Assembly (NCBI RefSeq): GCF_006345805.1
Contig: NC_043014.1
Span: 41,850,001 to 41,914,000, forward strand
Direction: 5' to 3'
DNA length: 64,000 nucleotides
Origin: Octopus sinensis
Lineage: Eukaryota
Shown here piece by piece: positions 26,178-40,744 of the stretch. The position numbers and the translations under genes are program-made. Positions within the stretch are counted from its first letter, which is position 1. Every line of letters starts with the position of its first letter. The notes beneath the pieces were generated by a model. That model was not told the origin of the DNA. It worked only from the letters and a program-made list of their open reading frames with translations, and did no database searches.

Positions 26178-26535
26178 TTGCTTCTCAACCACATGGTTCC
26201 GGGTTCAGTTCCACTGTATGACACCTAGTGCAAGTGTCTTCTGCTATAGCCTCGGGCCGACCAAGGCCTTGTGAGTGGATTTGTTAGAGGGAAACTGAAA
26301 GAAGCCGGTCGTGTACATATATGTGTGTATATGTTTGTGTGTTTTTGTGTCTGTATTTGTCCCTCCCATCACCGCTCGACCTCTGACGTTGGAGTGTTTC
26401 TGTCCCCCGTAGCTTCGATAGAATAAGTACTAGGCTTTAACAAATAAGTCCTGGGGTCAATTTGTTCGACTAAAACCTTTCAAGACAGCACTTCAGCATG
26501 GCCACCGTGAAATGACTGAAACAAGTGAAAGAACA
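26178..26535 (+). mobile_element. SINE family A, 5'-truncated and diverged
   Basis: caaccacatggttccgggttcag…aatgactgaaacaagt. Confidence 0.85.
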
Positions 26536-27210
26536 AGGAAACTACAAGGACATATGCTATGTATGCATGTATGAGTGCATGTAATATTGTATTGATGATG
26601 AATCTGGTGTCTCGAAACGTTGATTGACGAATGGATTAAGGACCATTATTCCAAATTATACATCAGGTGGCTATTTAATACAATCGTTAGCGCGTCGGAC
26701 TGAGCTCTGAGTTCAGATTCCACCGAAGTCAACGTTGTGTCTTATTCTTTCAGGGTTGGTAAAATAAGCACCAGTTGAGCAGTGTGGTCAGTGTAATCGA
26801 GTTGTCCCCTCGCTCTAAATTTCATTCCTGGGGTTTATTATAGAGAGTATTATTCCTAATTATACATAATGAACCAAAAAAGAAAATATATAAAAAAAAA
26901 ATACTCAATAAAGACATTAAACACAGGAATACACACACATACATATGTGTGCGTGAGAGAGGGAGAGAGAGAGAGAGAGTGTGTGTGCGTGTGTGTGTGT
27001 GTGTGTGGTGTGGTGTGTGTGTGTGTGTATGTGAATAAGGAACTGTTTTCTTTTTCAAGCACGTTATACTATAAGCATTCCTATTTTGTAGATAGACAGA
27101 CAATACAGAGGTAAACATACTGAAAGATCTATGTGTGCGTGCATATCTATGTATGTATGTATGTATGTATGTATGTATGTATGTATGTATGTATGTAGTA
27201 TGTATGTATG

Positions 27211-27243
<33 letters not shown>

Positions 27244-27244
27244 C

Positions 27245-27305
<61 letters not shown>

Positions 27306-27940
27306 GTGTGTGTGTGTGTATGTATGTATATGTATGTATAGATAGCTAGAGAGATATAGATATATACATATATCATATACATACATACATACATATATAT
27401 ATGTAGAGAGAAAGAGAGATAATAGATACACTCAGTCCTTTCTTTCTCTCAGCATTTACATATTGCCTCGCGCAGTGTTTGGCATTTAACCTTTATTGAG
27501 AGAGTGCCAACTTTGTAGGACGTAAACACTTGATGTTATAGGAGATGGGTCACCACGTAAAGATGCGGGAATTCGGGAATCCGAGCCCGAAATTTCAACC
27601 AAACACAGAATATAGAAAAATAAATAAGTCAACTTCTAAAATGAGACAGACAGCGGGATAAGTGAGGTAGGTTTAAGTAAGAGCGGATTTGGTTAAGAAA
27701 GAAGAAGAGTGTCATGATTGTAAATGAGAAAAATAAAGGGAAAAAGAGAATTAGCGAAGCTTGAGAAGAAATTTAGTAAGAAATATGAAGAATGAATGAG
27801 AGACTGAGACAGATGAAAAAAGATAGAATGCTATATTAAGCTTATATGGAAGTATATATTTTTGGCTTTGTTCTTGAAGTTCAGATATATATATTTATAA
27901 ATAGTATGTAATGCACACATATGTACATAAACAAACATAC

Positions 27941-27992
<52 letters not shown>

Positions 27993-28085
27993 ATGTATGT
28001 ATACATATAGACAAACAAACTCACGCATATACATATGTATGTATGTGTGTGAGTATATACAGACACATACACATATACATACATA

Positions 28086-28503
28086 CTCTTTACTCTTTTA
28101 CTCTTTTACTTGTTTCAGTCATTTGACTGCGGCCATGCTGGAGCACCGCCTTTAGTCGAGCAAATCGACCCCGGGACTTATTCTTTGTAAGCCCAGTACT
28201 TATTTTATCGGTCTCTTTTGCCGGAACCGCTAAGTGACGGGGACGTAAACACACCAGCATCGGTTGTCAAGCAATGCTAGGGGGACAAACACAGACACAC
28301 AAACATATACACACACACTTATATATATATACATATATACGACAGGCTTCTTTCAGTTTCCGTCTACCAAATCCACCCACAAGGCATTGGTCGGCCCGGG
28401 GCTATAGCAGAAGACACTTGCCCAAGATGCCACGCAGTGGGACTGAACCCGGAACCATGTGGTTGGTTAGCAAGCTACTTACCATACAGCCACTCCCGCG
28501 CCT
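28086..28503 (-). mobile_element. SINE family A, young full-length copy
   Basis: Near-identical to the copies at 56127 and 63374; (GTAAAAGA)n tail. Confidence 0.93.
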
Positions 28504-28967
28504 ATGTATAATTACATGCATATATCTGAACTTCAAAAAATCTATAGTGTTTACACACATATACAGAAACACACTCACACAAACACATTATAGACACATA
28601 CACACACTTACATATGTATATATATATATTCACACACATATAATTGTATAATATTTCAGCTACATCTCTGTGTTAGAGGTGTGTGTGTGTTTGTGAGTGT
28701 GCACACGTATGTGGTACATATGAATGCATGTATGCCTATTTGTGTGTCTATTTTCATACATGAATCGTTTCACTTGCTGAGGTTTGAGAGTTTATTTCTT
28801 CCATATACTATGACAAGACAGTAAGATAAAAACGATATAAAAAAATACAGAATAATTCATCCTTGTTCTCTTTATCATAATTTATGCGTCGAACTTCTTT
28901 CACATTTTAAGATCTTACCCCATGTACAGCCATAGTTTCATTTAGGCAGGTTGATTGATAAATTTCT

Positions 28968-29580
28968 TATTTTTTTATTGCCCACAAAGCGCTAAACATA
29001 GAGGGGACAAACAAGGACAGACAAACGGATTAAGTCGATTAAATCGACCTCAGTGCGTAACTGGTACTTATTTATCGACCCCGAAAGAATGAACGGTAAA
29101 GTCGACCTTGGTGAATTAGAACTCAGAACGTAACGGCAGACGAAATACCGCTAAGCATTTCGCCCGGCGTGCTAACGTTTCTGCCAGCTCGCCCTTTTCT
29201 ATGTTAAGCACAAGGCCTAAAATTTTATGGGAGGGAGCTATTCGATTATATTGATCCTAGAGCTCAATTGGTACTTATTTTATCGTCCCCTAAAGGATGA
29301 AAGGCAAAGTCGACCACGGTGGGATTTGAACTCAGAACGTAAAGTCGGATGAAAGACTCTGTCTGCTCGCGGCCTTAATATCGATTCTAATCCCTTTGGA
29401 TTTTGGTACAGAACCAGCAGCCTTTGAGGGGAAGGGAAGTCGATTATATCAACCCCAGTACTTGATTGGTACTTATTTCATTGACCCCGAAAGAATGATA
29501 CGCGAAGTCGACCTCAGTGGAATTTGAACTCAAAACTTAAAGATGGACTAAATTCCGAAATGCATTTTGCTCAACCTGCT
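28968..29580 (-). mobile_element. Cluster of three family B SINE units
   Basis: One young unit (28968-29193) and two older units. Confidence 0.85.
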
Positions 29581-29828
29581 CACTGTCTTACTTTTCCATT
29601 GTAACAAAAATGGGTATGATAATGTTGATAATGTTGTTTGGGAGAGGTGGGAGAAATGGGATAAAAAAGGGAAGAAAGAAACATTTGTTTTTTGGTTACT
29701 ATCTACCATATCCTGAGCAATGAAGTGAACTTCTTTCAGTTTTCCATGGTCACCATAGAAAAAGAAAAGAGTAATAATCAAATACAGAAGAAGATTTACT
29801 CTACTAATTCCATCCCACATTATCAAAC

Positions 29829-29891
29829 ATCATGGTCATCATCATCATCATCATCATCATCTCATCATCATCATCATCATCATCATCATCG

Positions 29892-29933
<42 letters not shown>

Positions 29934-30063
29934 CCACCACCATCATCACCACCACCACCATCATCATCATCATTATCATCATCACCTCCACCACCATCAT
30001 CAACACCACCACCATCATCATCATCATCATCATCATCACCACCACCATCATCAACACCACCAC

Positions 30064-30095
<32 letters not shown>

Positions 30096-30108
30096 CCACC
30101 ATCATCAT

Positions 30109-30140
<32 letters not shown>

Positions 30141-30162
30141 TCATCATCACCACCACCAACAT

Positions 30163-30194
<32 letters not shown>

Positions 30195-30263
30195 TCATTA
30201 CCACCACCACCACCACCACCACCACCACCACCACCACCACCATCCTCCTCCTCATCATCATCA
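29829..30263. repeat. (CAT)n/(CAC)n trinucleotide array
   Basis: Directly visible; explains the poly-His, poly-Ser and poly-Met ORFs. Confidence 0.97.
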
Positions 30264-30736
30264 TATTTTCATTTGTTTTGGATAAGTTTCTGCTCAAAGT
30301 TCTGCAATTATACGTTTTGTACTTTATGAAATTTTGTTTGTAAAGTACATTTGTTTAGCATTGTTGTTGTGGTTTATTTTATTGTAATTTCGGTGTTCTG
30401 TAAGGTTACGAACTAGAAGAATCGTTAGAACATCAGTGAAGATTGCTTAACAGAATTTCTTACGCATCCTTACGTTTTGTGAATTCCTATTCCACCAATG
30501 TTGACTTTGCGTTTCTTCCTTTCAGGATCGATAAAATAAGTACCAGTTAAGTACTGGACACGATGCAATCGATATACCCCTCCATTAAAATGTCTAGCCT
30601 TATGCCAAAATTTGAGAGAGCAAATTTTGTGTCCTCTCTTTTGCATTTCGTATGAACAAAGTGAGTTGTGCCGTTTTGTCTTCTAGTTTTACGTTCCAAA
30701 TTCAAATTCCATTGAAGTCGGCTCTGCCTCTCATCC

Positions 30737-31657
<921 letters not shown>

Positions 31658-32022
31658 ATAGATCCTTTGAAGATCGATAAAATAAGTACCATCTGAGTTC
31701 TAAGATTAATGTAATCGATTTTACCTTCTGCTGAAATGCCTGACCTTGCGCTAAAATTTGAAAGAGTAATTCTAGTGTCCTATCTTTAGCATTTCGCGTG
31801 TACAAAGTCAGTTTTACTGTTTTGTTGAGTGGTGTTTATATTTCCTATATCTTATGTCAGTGTTCCTACGTGTTTTATGGTTCAGTTGGCAGCTCACTGT
31901 ACAGTATGTGGCATGCGAGTTATGTCTTACAGTTGGTGTTATAGTGTCAAGTCTCTAATTTTGAAAGACTACTTTTATATTTTTTATTGGATGATGATCG
32001 GGCAGAGTATGTAGTGTGTGTT

Positions 32023-32500
32023 ATAATAATAATAATGAAACTATTGTATACAGTGCTCAGGTGCACCATAACTTGTCAAAAGTGAGTATAAAGCATATGC
32101 AGTAATGTACAAATGTCTGGGAAGTGAAGAGTGTATGAATCAGATACATGTTTGCGTGTGTATGGAGGGGAGAAAATCAGGTGTAGTGTTGGCGAATCTC
32201 AGGAAGTATGGAAGTTTTGAAGGATGCAGTGCTCCGACAACTAACAACTGATGCAGGCAGTTTGCTTCAGCAACTCTTAGCATGAAAAAAATGGTATCGA
32301 AAGTCATGGAAGCTGAGCTGTTTTCTGACTTTGTAAACATGTCCACGAGTGTTAGACAGGTGGAGTTTGAAAAGGTGCTCAGAGTTATTGTTAGTAAGAT
32401 GGTTAATAATTTTATGGGTTTCTGCCAAGTCAGCTGCCAGACGTTGGAGTTTCAATGTGTCCATGCCCAGGGAAGTAAGGCGTTCAGAATATTGTGTGAC
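32023..32500 (-). mobile_element. CR1/L2-group LINE 3' end (ORF2 C-terminus, UTR, (ATT)n tail)
   Basis: YSERLTSLGMDTLKLQRLAADLAETHKII…NTRGHVYKVRK…FF is the characteristic post-RT motif; a 70-bp copy lies at 31412-31482. Confidence 0.85.
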
Positions 32501-32738
32501 ATCTGTGTAGTTGGGATTCATTGGGTGTATAAACTATGTTCTGCCTTACATTGTTTTGTAGCGTTTGTGTACAAGTATGTGCTGCGTGAATTGTGAAAGT
32601 ATTTCTGGATGGTGATTATATAAGCTGTGATGTATGTAGACAGTATGATCCCTAATATATATTTGAATGGAACTATCTTGCATAGGACACGGGCTGTAAC
32701 TTAGAAGGTCAATTTTGGGATAATAACTATGTTATAGA

Positions 32739-32934
32739 AGTCAAGACTACTGAAAAGGTCGCAAGACGCAACGAAAATTTTAGGAGAATAAGAATAAGAA
32801 AAAAGTGGAAATTTTACCGGTGAGTGTGTCACATTATAAGGCACAAAAAGAAAATGACTCTCCCCAGGCACAACAGAATATGCTTCAACACACGAACTCA
32901 TATAAAGAATCTTGCAAACCAAATCCAAAAACGA
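32739..32934 (+). mobile_element. About 196-bp hammerhead-bearing element with 14-bp TSD
   Basis: AACTATGTTATAGA at 32725-32738 and 32935-32948; hammerhead-like fold at 32747-32783; further copies at 33612-33750(-), 33893-34089(+) and 56902-57024(+). Confidence 0.82.
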
Positions 32935-33269
32935 AACTATGTTATAGAGTCCTAATTGTATAACATCCGTGTGTCCTTCTAGGTGTTGTAAATATAATAC
33001 TTCTTTGTCGGATTTTTGATAGAGTATTCTAAAAAAAAAAAATGAAGATGCCGACGACCGCTCGGTTCAAAGTCTTTCTTGACCACAAATGGCCTGAACT
33101 CTTTGCATGAACACCACCCTGTACATAACTCCATGTCCCCCTACATGGCCTTGCTTTTTGCTTTTTGAGCCAAATAATTAACTTAACTTAAATGTAGTCC
33201 ATCTTTCCCCCGTCTAGTCTTGGAATTTTTTTTTAGCGCATCGTCGAAAAATTCATAACAGTAGCTTGT

Positions 33270-33505
33270 TACTGGGGCATTTAGAATATGTTTCCTTATT
33301 ACGTCACTCTTTTACAATTAGCTCTGTTTTAAGTATTAATCTAATGCTTCTATAATATCTTTTTACATTCGCGTGTGTTGTACTCCGCTCAGTTTATTAA
33401 TTCCTAAGTATTTGTGTGTCTGGTCTAATTTTCTGGTCTTGGTTTCTTCATCTAGCATGATATTTTTGATCTTAATTAATTTTCCTGACTTCATGTTTGC
33501 CTCCA
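33270..33505 (-). pseudogene. R4/Dong-like non-LTR reverse transcriptase fragment
   Basis: Reverse strand MKSGKLIKIKNIMLDEETKTRKLDQTHKYLGINKLSGVQHTRM, then (frameshift) YYRSIRLILKTEL; KYLG/thumb region. Confidence 0.65.
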
Positions 33506-33902
33506 TGTGTCTTCTAATACTATTCTCGTAACATATCCACTATTAAATTTGTGTGTTGTCGGCAGTATTGCTTTTGGTTATTTTTCATCAGTAGTGTACA
33601 CACACACACACATTCTGTTGTGTCTGGGGAGAGTCATTTTCTTCTTGTGCCTTATAAATTTAACACACTCACCAGTAAAATTTCCACTTATTTCTTATTT
33701 TTATTTTCCTAAAATTTCCGTTGCGTCTTGTAACCTTTTCAATAGTATTGACTGTCAATAGACTTGAGAGTCAACGTCGGTTATTTGACTGATATGCTCC
33801 TTTTCATGCTTCCAGATGGAAGGCATGAAAAATAAAGTCGACATCAAAGAGATATGAAGTCAAATTGTTAAAAATCAGGAGAAATATCTCAAAGAGTCAA
33901 GA

Positions 33903-33939
33903 CTATTGAAAAGGTTACAAGACGCAACGAAAATTTTAG
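33903..33939 (+). ncRNA. Minimal type I hammerhead-like motif, U3-A8 core
   Basis: CTA TTGAAAA G GTTAC-aagac-GCAAC GAA AATT T TAG; only a 3-bp stem I and one stem II mismatch. Confidence 0.55.
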
Positions 33940-34127
33940 GAAAATAAGAATAAGAAATAAGTGGAAATTTTACCGGTGAGTGTGTTAAATTATATGGCAC
34001 AAAAAGAAAAGGACTCTGCCCAGACACAATATAATATGCTTCAACACACGAACTCATATAAAGAATCTTGCAAACCAAATCCCAAAACGATATATATATA
34101 TATATATAATATATATATACATATATA

Positions 34128-34295
34128 TGACGGGCTTCTTTCAGTTTCCGTCTACTAAATCCACTTACAACGTTTGTTCGGCCCGGGGCTGTAATGGAGG
34201 CGCTCGAGGAAGATAATATTCAAGTGACACGCAGTGGGACTCAACCTCGAACCACGTGGTTAGGAAGTAAGCTTCTTACATCACAACCAAGCCCA
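34128..34295 (-). mobile_element. SINE family A, 5' half
   Basis: gacgggcttctttcagtttccgtctac…cgcagtgggactcaacc. Confidence 0.8.
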
Positions 34296-34339
34296 TATAC
34301 GTGTGTGGGGGGGTATGTAATATATATTATGTAATATAT

Positions 34340-34389
<50 letters not shown>

Positions 34390-34401
34390 ATTATATATAT
34401 C

Positions 34402-34461
<60 letters not shown>

Positions 34462-36462
34462 GTGGGTTCTCCATGAATGGCAATCCATGATTGCACATAT
34501 TCTGTATTCATTCATTTGAACAGTCTCGTTTGTTGCGATTCCTTCATTCTACACACTTCTAGCTCTGTTGCTGTTGGAGCTGAATATATTTGTGTCTCAG
34601 TCTTTATGTAGTTCTTAAAATCACTTTGGATGAGAGTCGAACCATTTCTTTTACGCAATGAATCATCATTGCTTATAATAATGTCGACGGCTTGGCTGTG
34701 TTTTACCGCGAGTATCTCGTTTTAGGAGTTCTTTGATTTAAGATTTAATTTACATATTTTTTAATTTTATATTTATGGGATGTTTGGGACAAATTTGACG
34801 ATTATTTTATGTTTTCCTCTTTTCCGGAACTGCTTGATGTATTGGCGAACATCCAACATCTTTGTAGAATATAAAGATTGAAATTGCAGTCGAGAAAAAA
34901 GTTAGCTGATGTGTAGAACCGGAAGCCATCTGAATATTAGAAAAGATTTACTTGTAACAATGATAATTGTCACGCTGAATCAATATGTCGACGCCATGAC
35001 TGCAGCTAAATGCTCTGTAGACACTGCGAAGACTATAAGAGGTGACATAGGCAGCTACAACGTACATAAAGCGCTGCAACGGAGACTACGAACCCGTGGT
35101 CTGCAGGAAGGGACACAACAGGCGTTCAACTGGCGTCCGCACGTCGAAATCCATCCCCACATCTATGAACAGGGCCTTGGGCTTAATTCAGACAGCAATT
35201 TGAAGCTTCTGGAAAGTGGCTGCTGGAAGATCATATTTGTTGCAGCAAGATTCGGCTCCTTGCCATACCTCCGGAAAGATACAGAAGTAGTTGTCGGAGA
35301 ATGTTTACGACTTCACCAGCTCCAGTTTCTATCAGGGAGTTCATGTTTTGAAATTTCATTGTCATTGCCCCGATTTGGTCGCCAATGCCATGTATTTAGT
35401 TTAACATGCAGTAGAAATGGGGCAGGGGGCTCAGTGGGGTCCCAATTAGGCGGCCCTTAAAGAAATAGTACCCCCATAGGTTGTTCCCTGTGATTAGAAG
35501 AGTTGCTGGTTTGAGTTTCATTGTCCTTGCACCAACGGTCTAGGAGGAGTTAACGAATATAAAAACGTAACGGACAGAGAAACGTCACTCAAATTACTCA
35601 AATTTATATCAGGATATGTGTGTGTGTGTGTGCGTGTGTGTGTGTGTGTGTGTGACAAAGAGAGAGAGAGAGAGAGAGAGAGTTGGGGGGAGGCATTGGA
35701 TTTCCGAAGGAAAAATACGAATGAAATACGTCTGTAAGAGAGAGTGGTTCCTTGGCCGTAAGTATATATTGAAAATGGACGAATAAAAGCTATTTGCATA
35801 TATTTTACGAAACCAGTGAGCATTTTCGTACAACCCCGAAAGAGAAGCTAGAGGGGCCTTGGTCGATGGATGCGATTGGATGTGCATCCCTCCATCGATC
35901 AAAGAAGTGCATATGCGTTCGTGTGGTACACAATTGCCCGCAAGTCGATGCCGTAATATACGTACAGCACACATACGAAGATCAAGATCAGAAATACAGC
36001 TGATTTTAACCCTCCTCTAATCGTGTGGTGTGGTGAACAACATCCGGTCAGGAGAACTCTACATAGATATTACATTTAACGATATATCACAAATACCCCC
36101 ACGTTATTGTGGTTTACCCAAAAACCAGGATCCGATTAACCTTCTACCAAAATTCACAAGAGCCAGGTTTCAGGTGCACGAAGCAAAATTAATTATACCC
36201 CCGCCACAGATCGCAGACAAGCGAGGGCGAAAATGAATACAAAGTGGACGTTGATCCAAGTCGGGGTACTTCTCGGTCTTTATTAAGTAATAATTTCTCA
36301 CCCCTCGGTGGGTGGTAACTTTCTCTTTAATTAAACCTGATTAGATGTTAATCTGTTTTTCATAATGTATGTGTCTCCATAACACTCTTTTATTGCATCT
36401 GTTTTATAACCCTTCTGTCTAGGTTTTCTGACCCAATAAATACCTTATTATTGCTGCTCTTA

Positions 36463-36523
<61 letters not shown>

Positions 36524-36674
36524 ATTACTGATTACGTATGTATTTATGTTTACACAAACGCACATGCTCACACACAAACACACACACACACACACACCAC
36601 ACACACACAGCACACACACACCAAACTCACACGTTTGCCTTGGATGTACATTCATGCATATATACAATGTACAT

Positions 36675-36718
<44 letters not shown>

Positions 36719-36820
36719 ATATGTATAAATATATATATATATATACATACTTAATATATAAATATAAATATGTTATATATAAATACAATACATATATAAA
36801 ATATGAATATAGTATATATA

Positions 36821-36865
<45 letters not shown>

Positions 36866-37066
36866 TATATATGAAATGTCTCGTTGTGAGTATGCGTGTA
36901 TGTGTATATGTGTGTATATATATATATACACATGCTGCGCGCGCACGAACGTTCGGACGTTGAATGAAACATATATATGTCGCTTAAGAATGGTACATAA
37001 CGACAGACACACTCTGAGTAGCGACGCTGTGACTCACCAGATTCTAACCACACCACACCACACACA

Positions 37067-37108
<42 letters not shown>

Positions 37109-37157
37109 CATACATATATATAGATATATATATATATACAATTATATATATTATATA

Positions 37158-37193
<36 letters not shown>

Positions 37194-37824
37194 TGTATAT
37201 GTGTGTGGATATATACACATATATATATATTTCTGTTAATAATAATAATGATAATAATCAGAACTACAACTACAACAATAATAATGCACATATATATGTG
37301 TGTTTTCTAGGCTAATTACCAATTATGAAGTAATGTCAACAGACGGTGTCATAGGGTCATCATATTTGATAAATTGTAAACATTACTTCTGTCAGGGTCA
37401 GATATACTAACAGATTTCGGCTGAAACCGTTGAAGAAGGAGAGAGAGAATGAGAGAGGGAGAGGGGGGAGGAGAGAAAGGAGAAAGAGAGGTAGAGAGAC
37501 AGACAGAGAAAAGAAAAAGATAGATTAATATTTTAACCACACCTACATCAGACCTTACCTTCGTCTGCTTGACTGTCTCTTTTCCTTCTCTCCGTCTGCT
37601 CTCTCTCTCTCTCTCTCTCTTACACAGATGGGCACATATACTCTATCTCTCTCTCTCTCACATATACAGAAACACATACTCTCTTTCTCTCTCCTTCTCT
37701 CTCTGTCTAAACTTTCACTCTTTCGTAATCAATTCCCATAACTTTATTTCATCTTATTTTTTATTTCTCTTGAATTTATTTGTGAGTGTCTTCCCAGCTT
37801 CCTTCTGTTTATCTTTCAAATTTC

Positions 37825-38027
37825 TCATCATCAACATCATCATCATCACCACCACCATCATCATCATCATCACCACCACCATCATCATCATCATCATCAT
37901 CATCGTCATCATCATCATCGTCATCATCATCATCATCTACCACCACAACCACCACCACCACCAACACCACTACCACCAACACCAACACCACCAACAACAA
38001 CACCACCACCACTATCATCATCACCAT
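37825..38027. repeat. (CAT)n/(CAC)n/(CAA)n array
   Basis: Directly visible. Confidence 0.95.
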
Positions 38028-38049
38028 TGATTTATTTATCTTATTTTAT

Positions 38050-38325
38050 TTTATTTCATATTTTATATTTTACTTGTTTCTGTCATTGGACTGTGGTCAG
38101 GCTGGGGCACCGCTTTCAAAGATTTCGTCGAACAAATCAACCCTCGTACTTATTTTTTTAAAAAACAGTCCAGTACATATTCTATCCTTCTCTTTTGCCG
38201 AAAAGTTAAGTTACAGGCATGTTAAGCAAGCGAACATCAGTTGCCAAGCTGCGTATGGGAAATCAAACACAAATATACACAGATATGCGCATGTATATAT
38301 ATATATATATATATAATATATAGAG

Positions 38326-38396
<71 letters not shown>

Positions 38397-38472
38397 TGAT
38401 ACCTACATGGGTGGTATAAATGTATATATATATATATATGTATATATACATACATATGTAATACAAATGTGC

Positions 38473-38504
<32 letters not shown>

Positions 38505-38675
38505 CGCACGTGTATAGAGGTTTCCTTACAGTTTTCTTCTACCACATTCGCTCACAATGCATTATTCGGTCTCGGGCCATAGCAGAAGAAACTTGCCCAA
38601 GTTGACACGAAGTGATGCTGAACCTAAAACTCTTCGGTTGCAAAGGGCACTTCTTTGTTAACCACCCAGCTACTT
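38050..38675 (-). mobile_element. Old family A SINE with expanded central microsatellite
   Basis: Diverged tail (tttacttgtttctgtcattggactgtgg) and head (acttgcccaag…ttaaccacccagc). Confidence 0.7.
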
Positions 38676-39164
38676 CCGTCTCGTTTTATTTCATTCAACT
38701 TTCTTTTCTCCCTCTTCCTTGTTGGCTTTCTTTTTTTCTTTCTTTTTTACATATTCCCATTTTCTTTCTTTCTTTCATTCTCTATTTCTGTTCTTCTTTA
38801 CGGCTGTCTTTCTTTCCCACATTTTTTCTTCTCCTCATTCTTTCTTCCTTTTTTTCTTTAACACATTTTCCTTATTAATCTATCAACCCCCTCTCTCGTC
38901 ATCTCTCTCTCTCTCGTCTCCACTGTCATTCTTTTTCATTCACTCTTTTTCTTCTCCGTATATCCCCCTCTCCTTCAAACTATCACCCTGTCCCACTACT
39001 ATCTCTCTCTCTTTCTCTCTCTCTCACCACATGCAACTAAATTAGAAAATATGTTTATCTAAGAATATAAATTTACGCAAAATTTAAAAGTACCCGGATG
39101 TAAATATAGTTCATATATATGTGAATGTGGGAACGTAGCATGTGTGTGCGTCCATGTGTACGTG

Positions 39165-39415
39165 TGTGTGTGTGTGTGTGTGTGCGTGTGTGTTGTGAGG
39201 GTGAATGCACGTGTATGTGAGCACGTGGGAGTGTGTAAGAGTGTGACTGCGATCAAAAATGTGTGTGTGTGTGTTTGAATGAGTGTGTGTGTGTGTGTGT
39301 GTGTGTGCGTGTGTGTTGTGAGGGTGAATGCACGTGTATGTGAGCACGTGGGAGTGTGTAAGAGTGTGACTGCGATCAAAAATGTGTGTGTGTGTGTGTT
39401 TGAATGAGTGTGTAT
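39165..39415. repeat. Two-copy tandem duplication (about 123 bp) in a cryptic (TG)n region
   Basis: gttgtgagggtgaatgcacgtgtatgtgagcacgtgggagtgtgtaagagtgtgactgcgatcaaaaatg occurs twice. Confidence 0.9.
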
Positions 39416-39711
39416 GTGTGTGTGTGTGTGTATGTGTAAATGTGAATGAATGTGTATGAGTGTGAATGTGAAAATATGTGAATACGAGTGTATTTGTGAG
39501 TCAGTTATGTGTGTGTGTTTGTGTGTGAATGAAATTTTGAAATTGTGTGAGGATGAACATGAGCGTGTGTGTGTATTATATGTGTTTATGTGTACGTGTG
39601 TTGTATGTACGTGTGTGTTTGTGTGTTGTGTGTGTGTGTCTGTGTCTGTGTGTGTGTATGTGGTGTGTGTGCGTATGTATATGTGTTTATGTGTACGTGT
39701 GTTGTATGTAC

Positions 39712-39745
<34 letters not shown>

Positions 39746-39753
39746 GCGTGTGT

Positions 39754-39790
<37 letters not shown>

Positions 39791-40104
39791 AACTACGTGT
39801 ACGAAAATATCATTATAGTGTAGGAAGTAACATCCCGAATTTATAAAACAAAGCCAGCTTCAAATTTTAGTTTCGAATTATCAAAATTGATGTCACTTCT
39901 GAGTGTAGTTTCTCGCCACGATTTACAATATTGAGAAGGAGAAACAACGAAGATCACAATAATTAAAACATCTGATAACGTCACTAATGTGATGAGTATT
40001 AAAATGAAATGTTCTGAGTTCGATTCTGTACCACCATAACTCAATATTATATGCACAATTTAAATGTCTGCAAAAGTCATTATGATTATGTTTTTGTATA
40101 TGCT

Positions 40105-40152
<48 letters not shown>

Positions 40153-40185
40153 TGTGTGTGTGCGTGCGTGTGTGTACATACACAC

Positions 40186-40617
40186 ACAAAGAAGAACAAA
40201 GAGCAATGATCCGATTTCTTTGGTCGGAAGGGTTATACAATCAACAATGCAAGATATACTGTTTTGCTGGCCAACAAACTGAAGCTAGCAATTCGCACCA
40301 AACGCCGAAGCCTATTGTCGAAGAAAGATTTGTTGTTGCATGACACTGAACGCCCCCTACACACGGTCGCCCAGACAGTTGAAACCATTAACCAATTGGG
40401 TTTTGAGGTTCTGGAACATGGAAGCGGTGCATAAACGGTAGCACGACTTACTGAAAACCTTCTTCTTGGTTGGAATACGCAAGCTTCTGGACCGTTTGAC
40501 CAAGTGCATCGAAAAGGAAGGAGACTATATAGAAAAATGATGTCTTCTTTATCCCTTGCTTTCGTGTAAATACATTGAAAAAAACAAGAATGCGCATAAC
40601 TTTTGACTCTCCCTCAT
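40186..40617 (+). mobile_element. Internally deleted mariner element
   Basis: KEEQRAMIRFLWSEG, LHDTERP (HDNARP-like), VETINQLGFEVLEH, GIRKLLDRLTKCIEKEGDYIEK*, right TIR ACTTTTGACTCTCCCTCATA. Confidence 0.85.
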
Positions 40618-40709
40618 ATATATATATATATATATGTGTGTGACCGCGTATGTACCGTTGGCGATTTTTTTCCTCCGTCTTCCCTTCTCTGGATCTTTCC
40701 TTTTCCTAT

Positions 40710-40744
40710 GTTTCTGACGAAGAGCTCCGCTCGAAACGTAAAAC
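40710..40744 (+). ncRNA. Minimal type I hammerhead ribozyme (canonical core)
   Basis: GTTT CTGACGA A GAGC-tcc-GCTC GAA ACGT A AAAC; GUA site; inside a ~210-bp element (40640-40845) between microsatellites. Confidence 0.82.

Noticed and set aside
29692-30329. Poly-His, poly-Ser/Pro and poly-Met/Val ORFs
   Set aside because: They are translations of a (CAT/CAC)n microsatellite open in several frames, with no other coding evidence.
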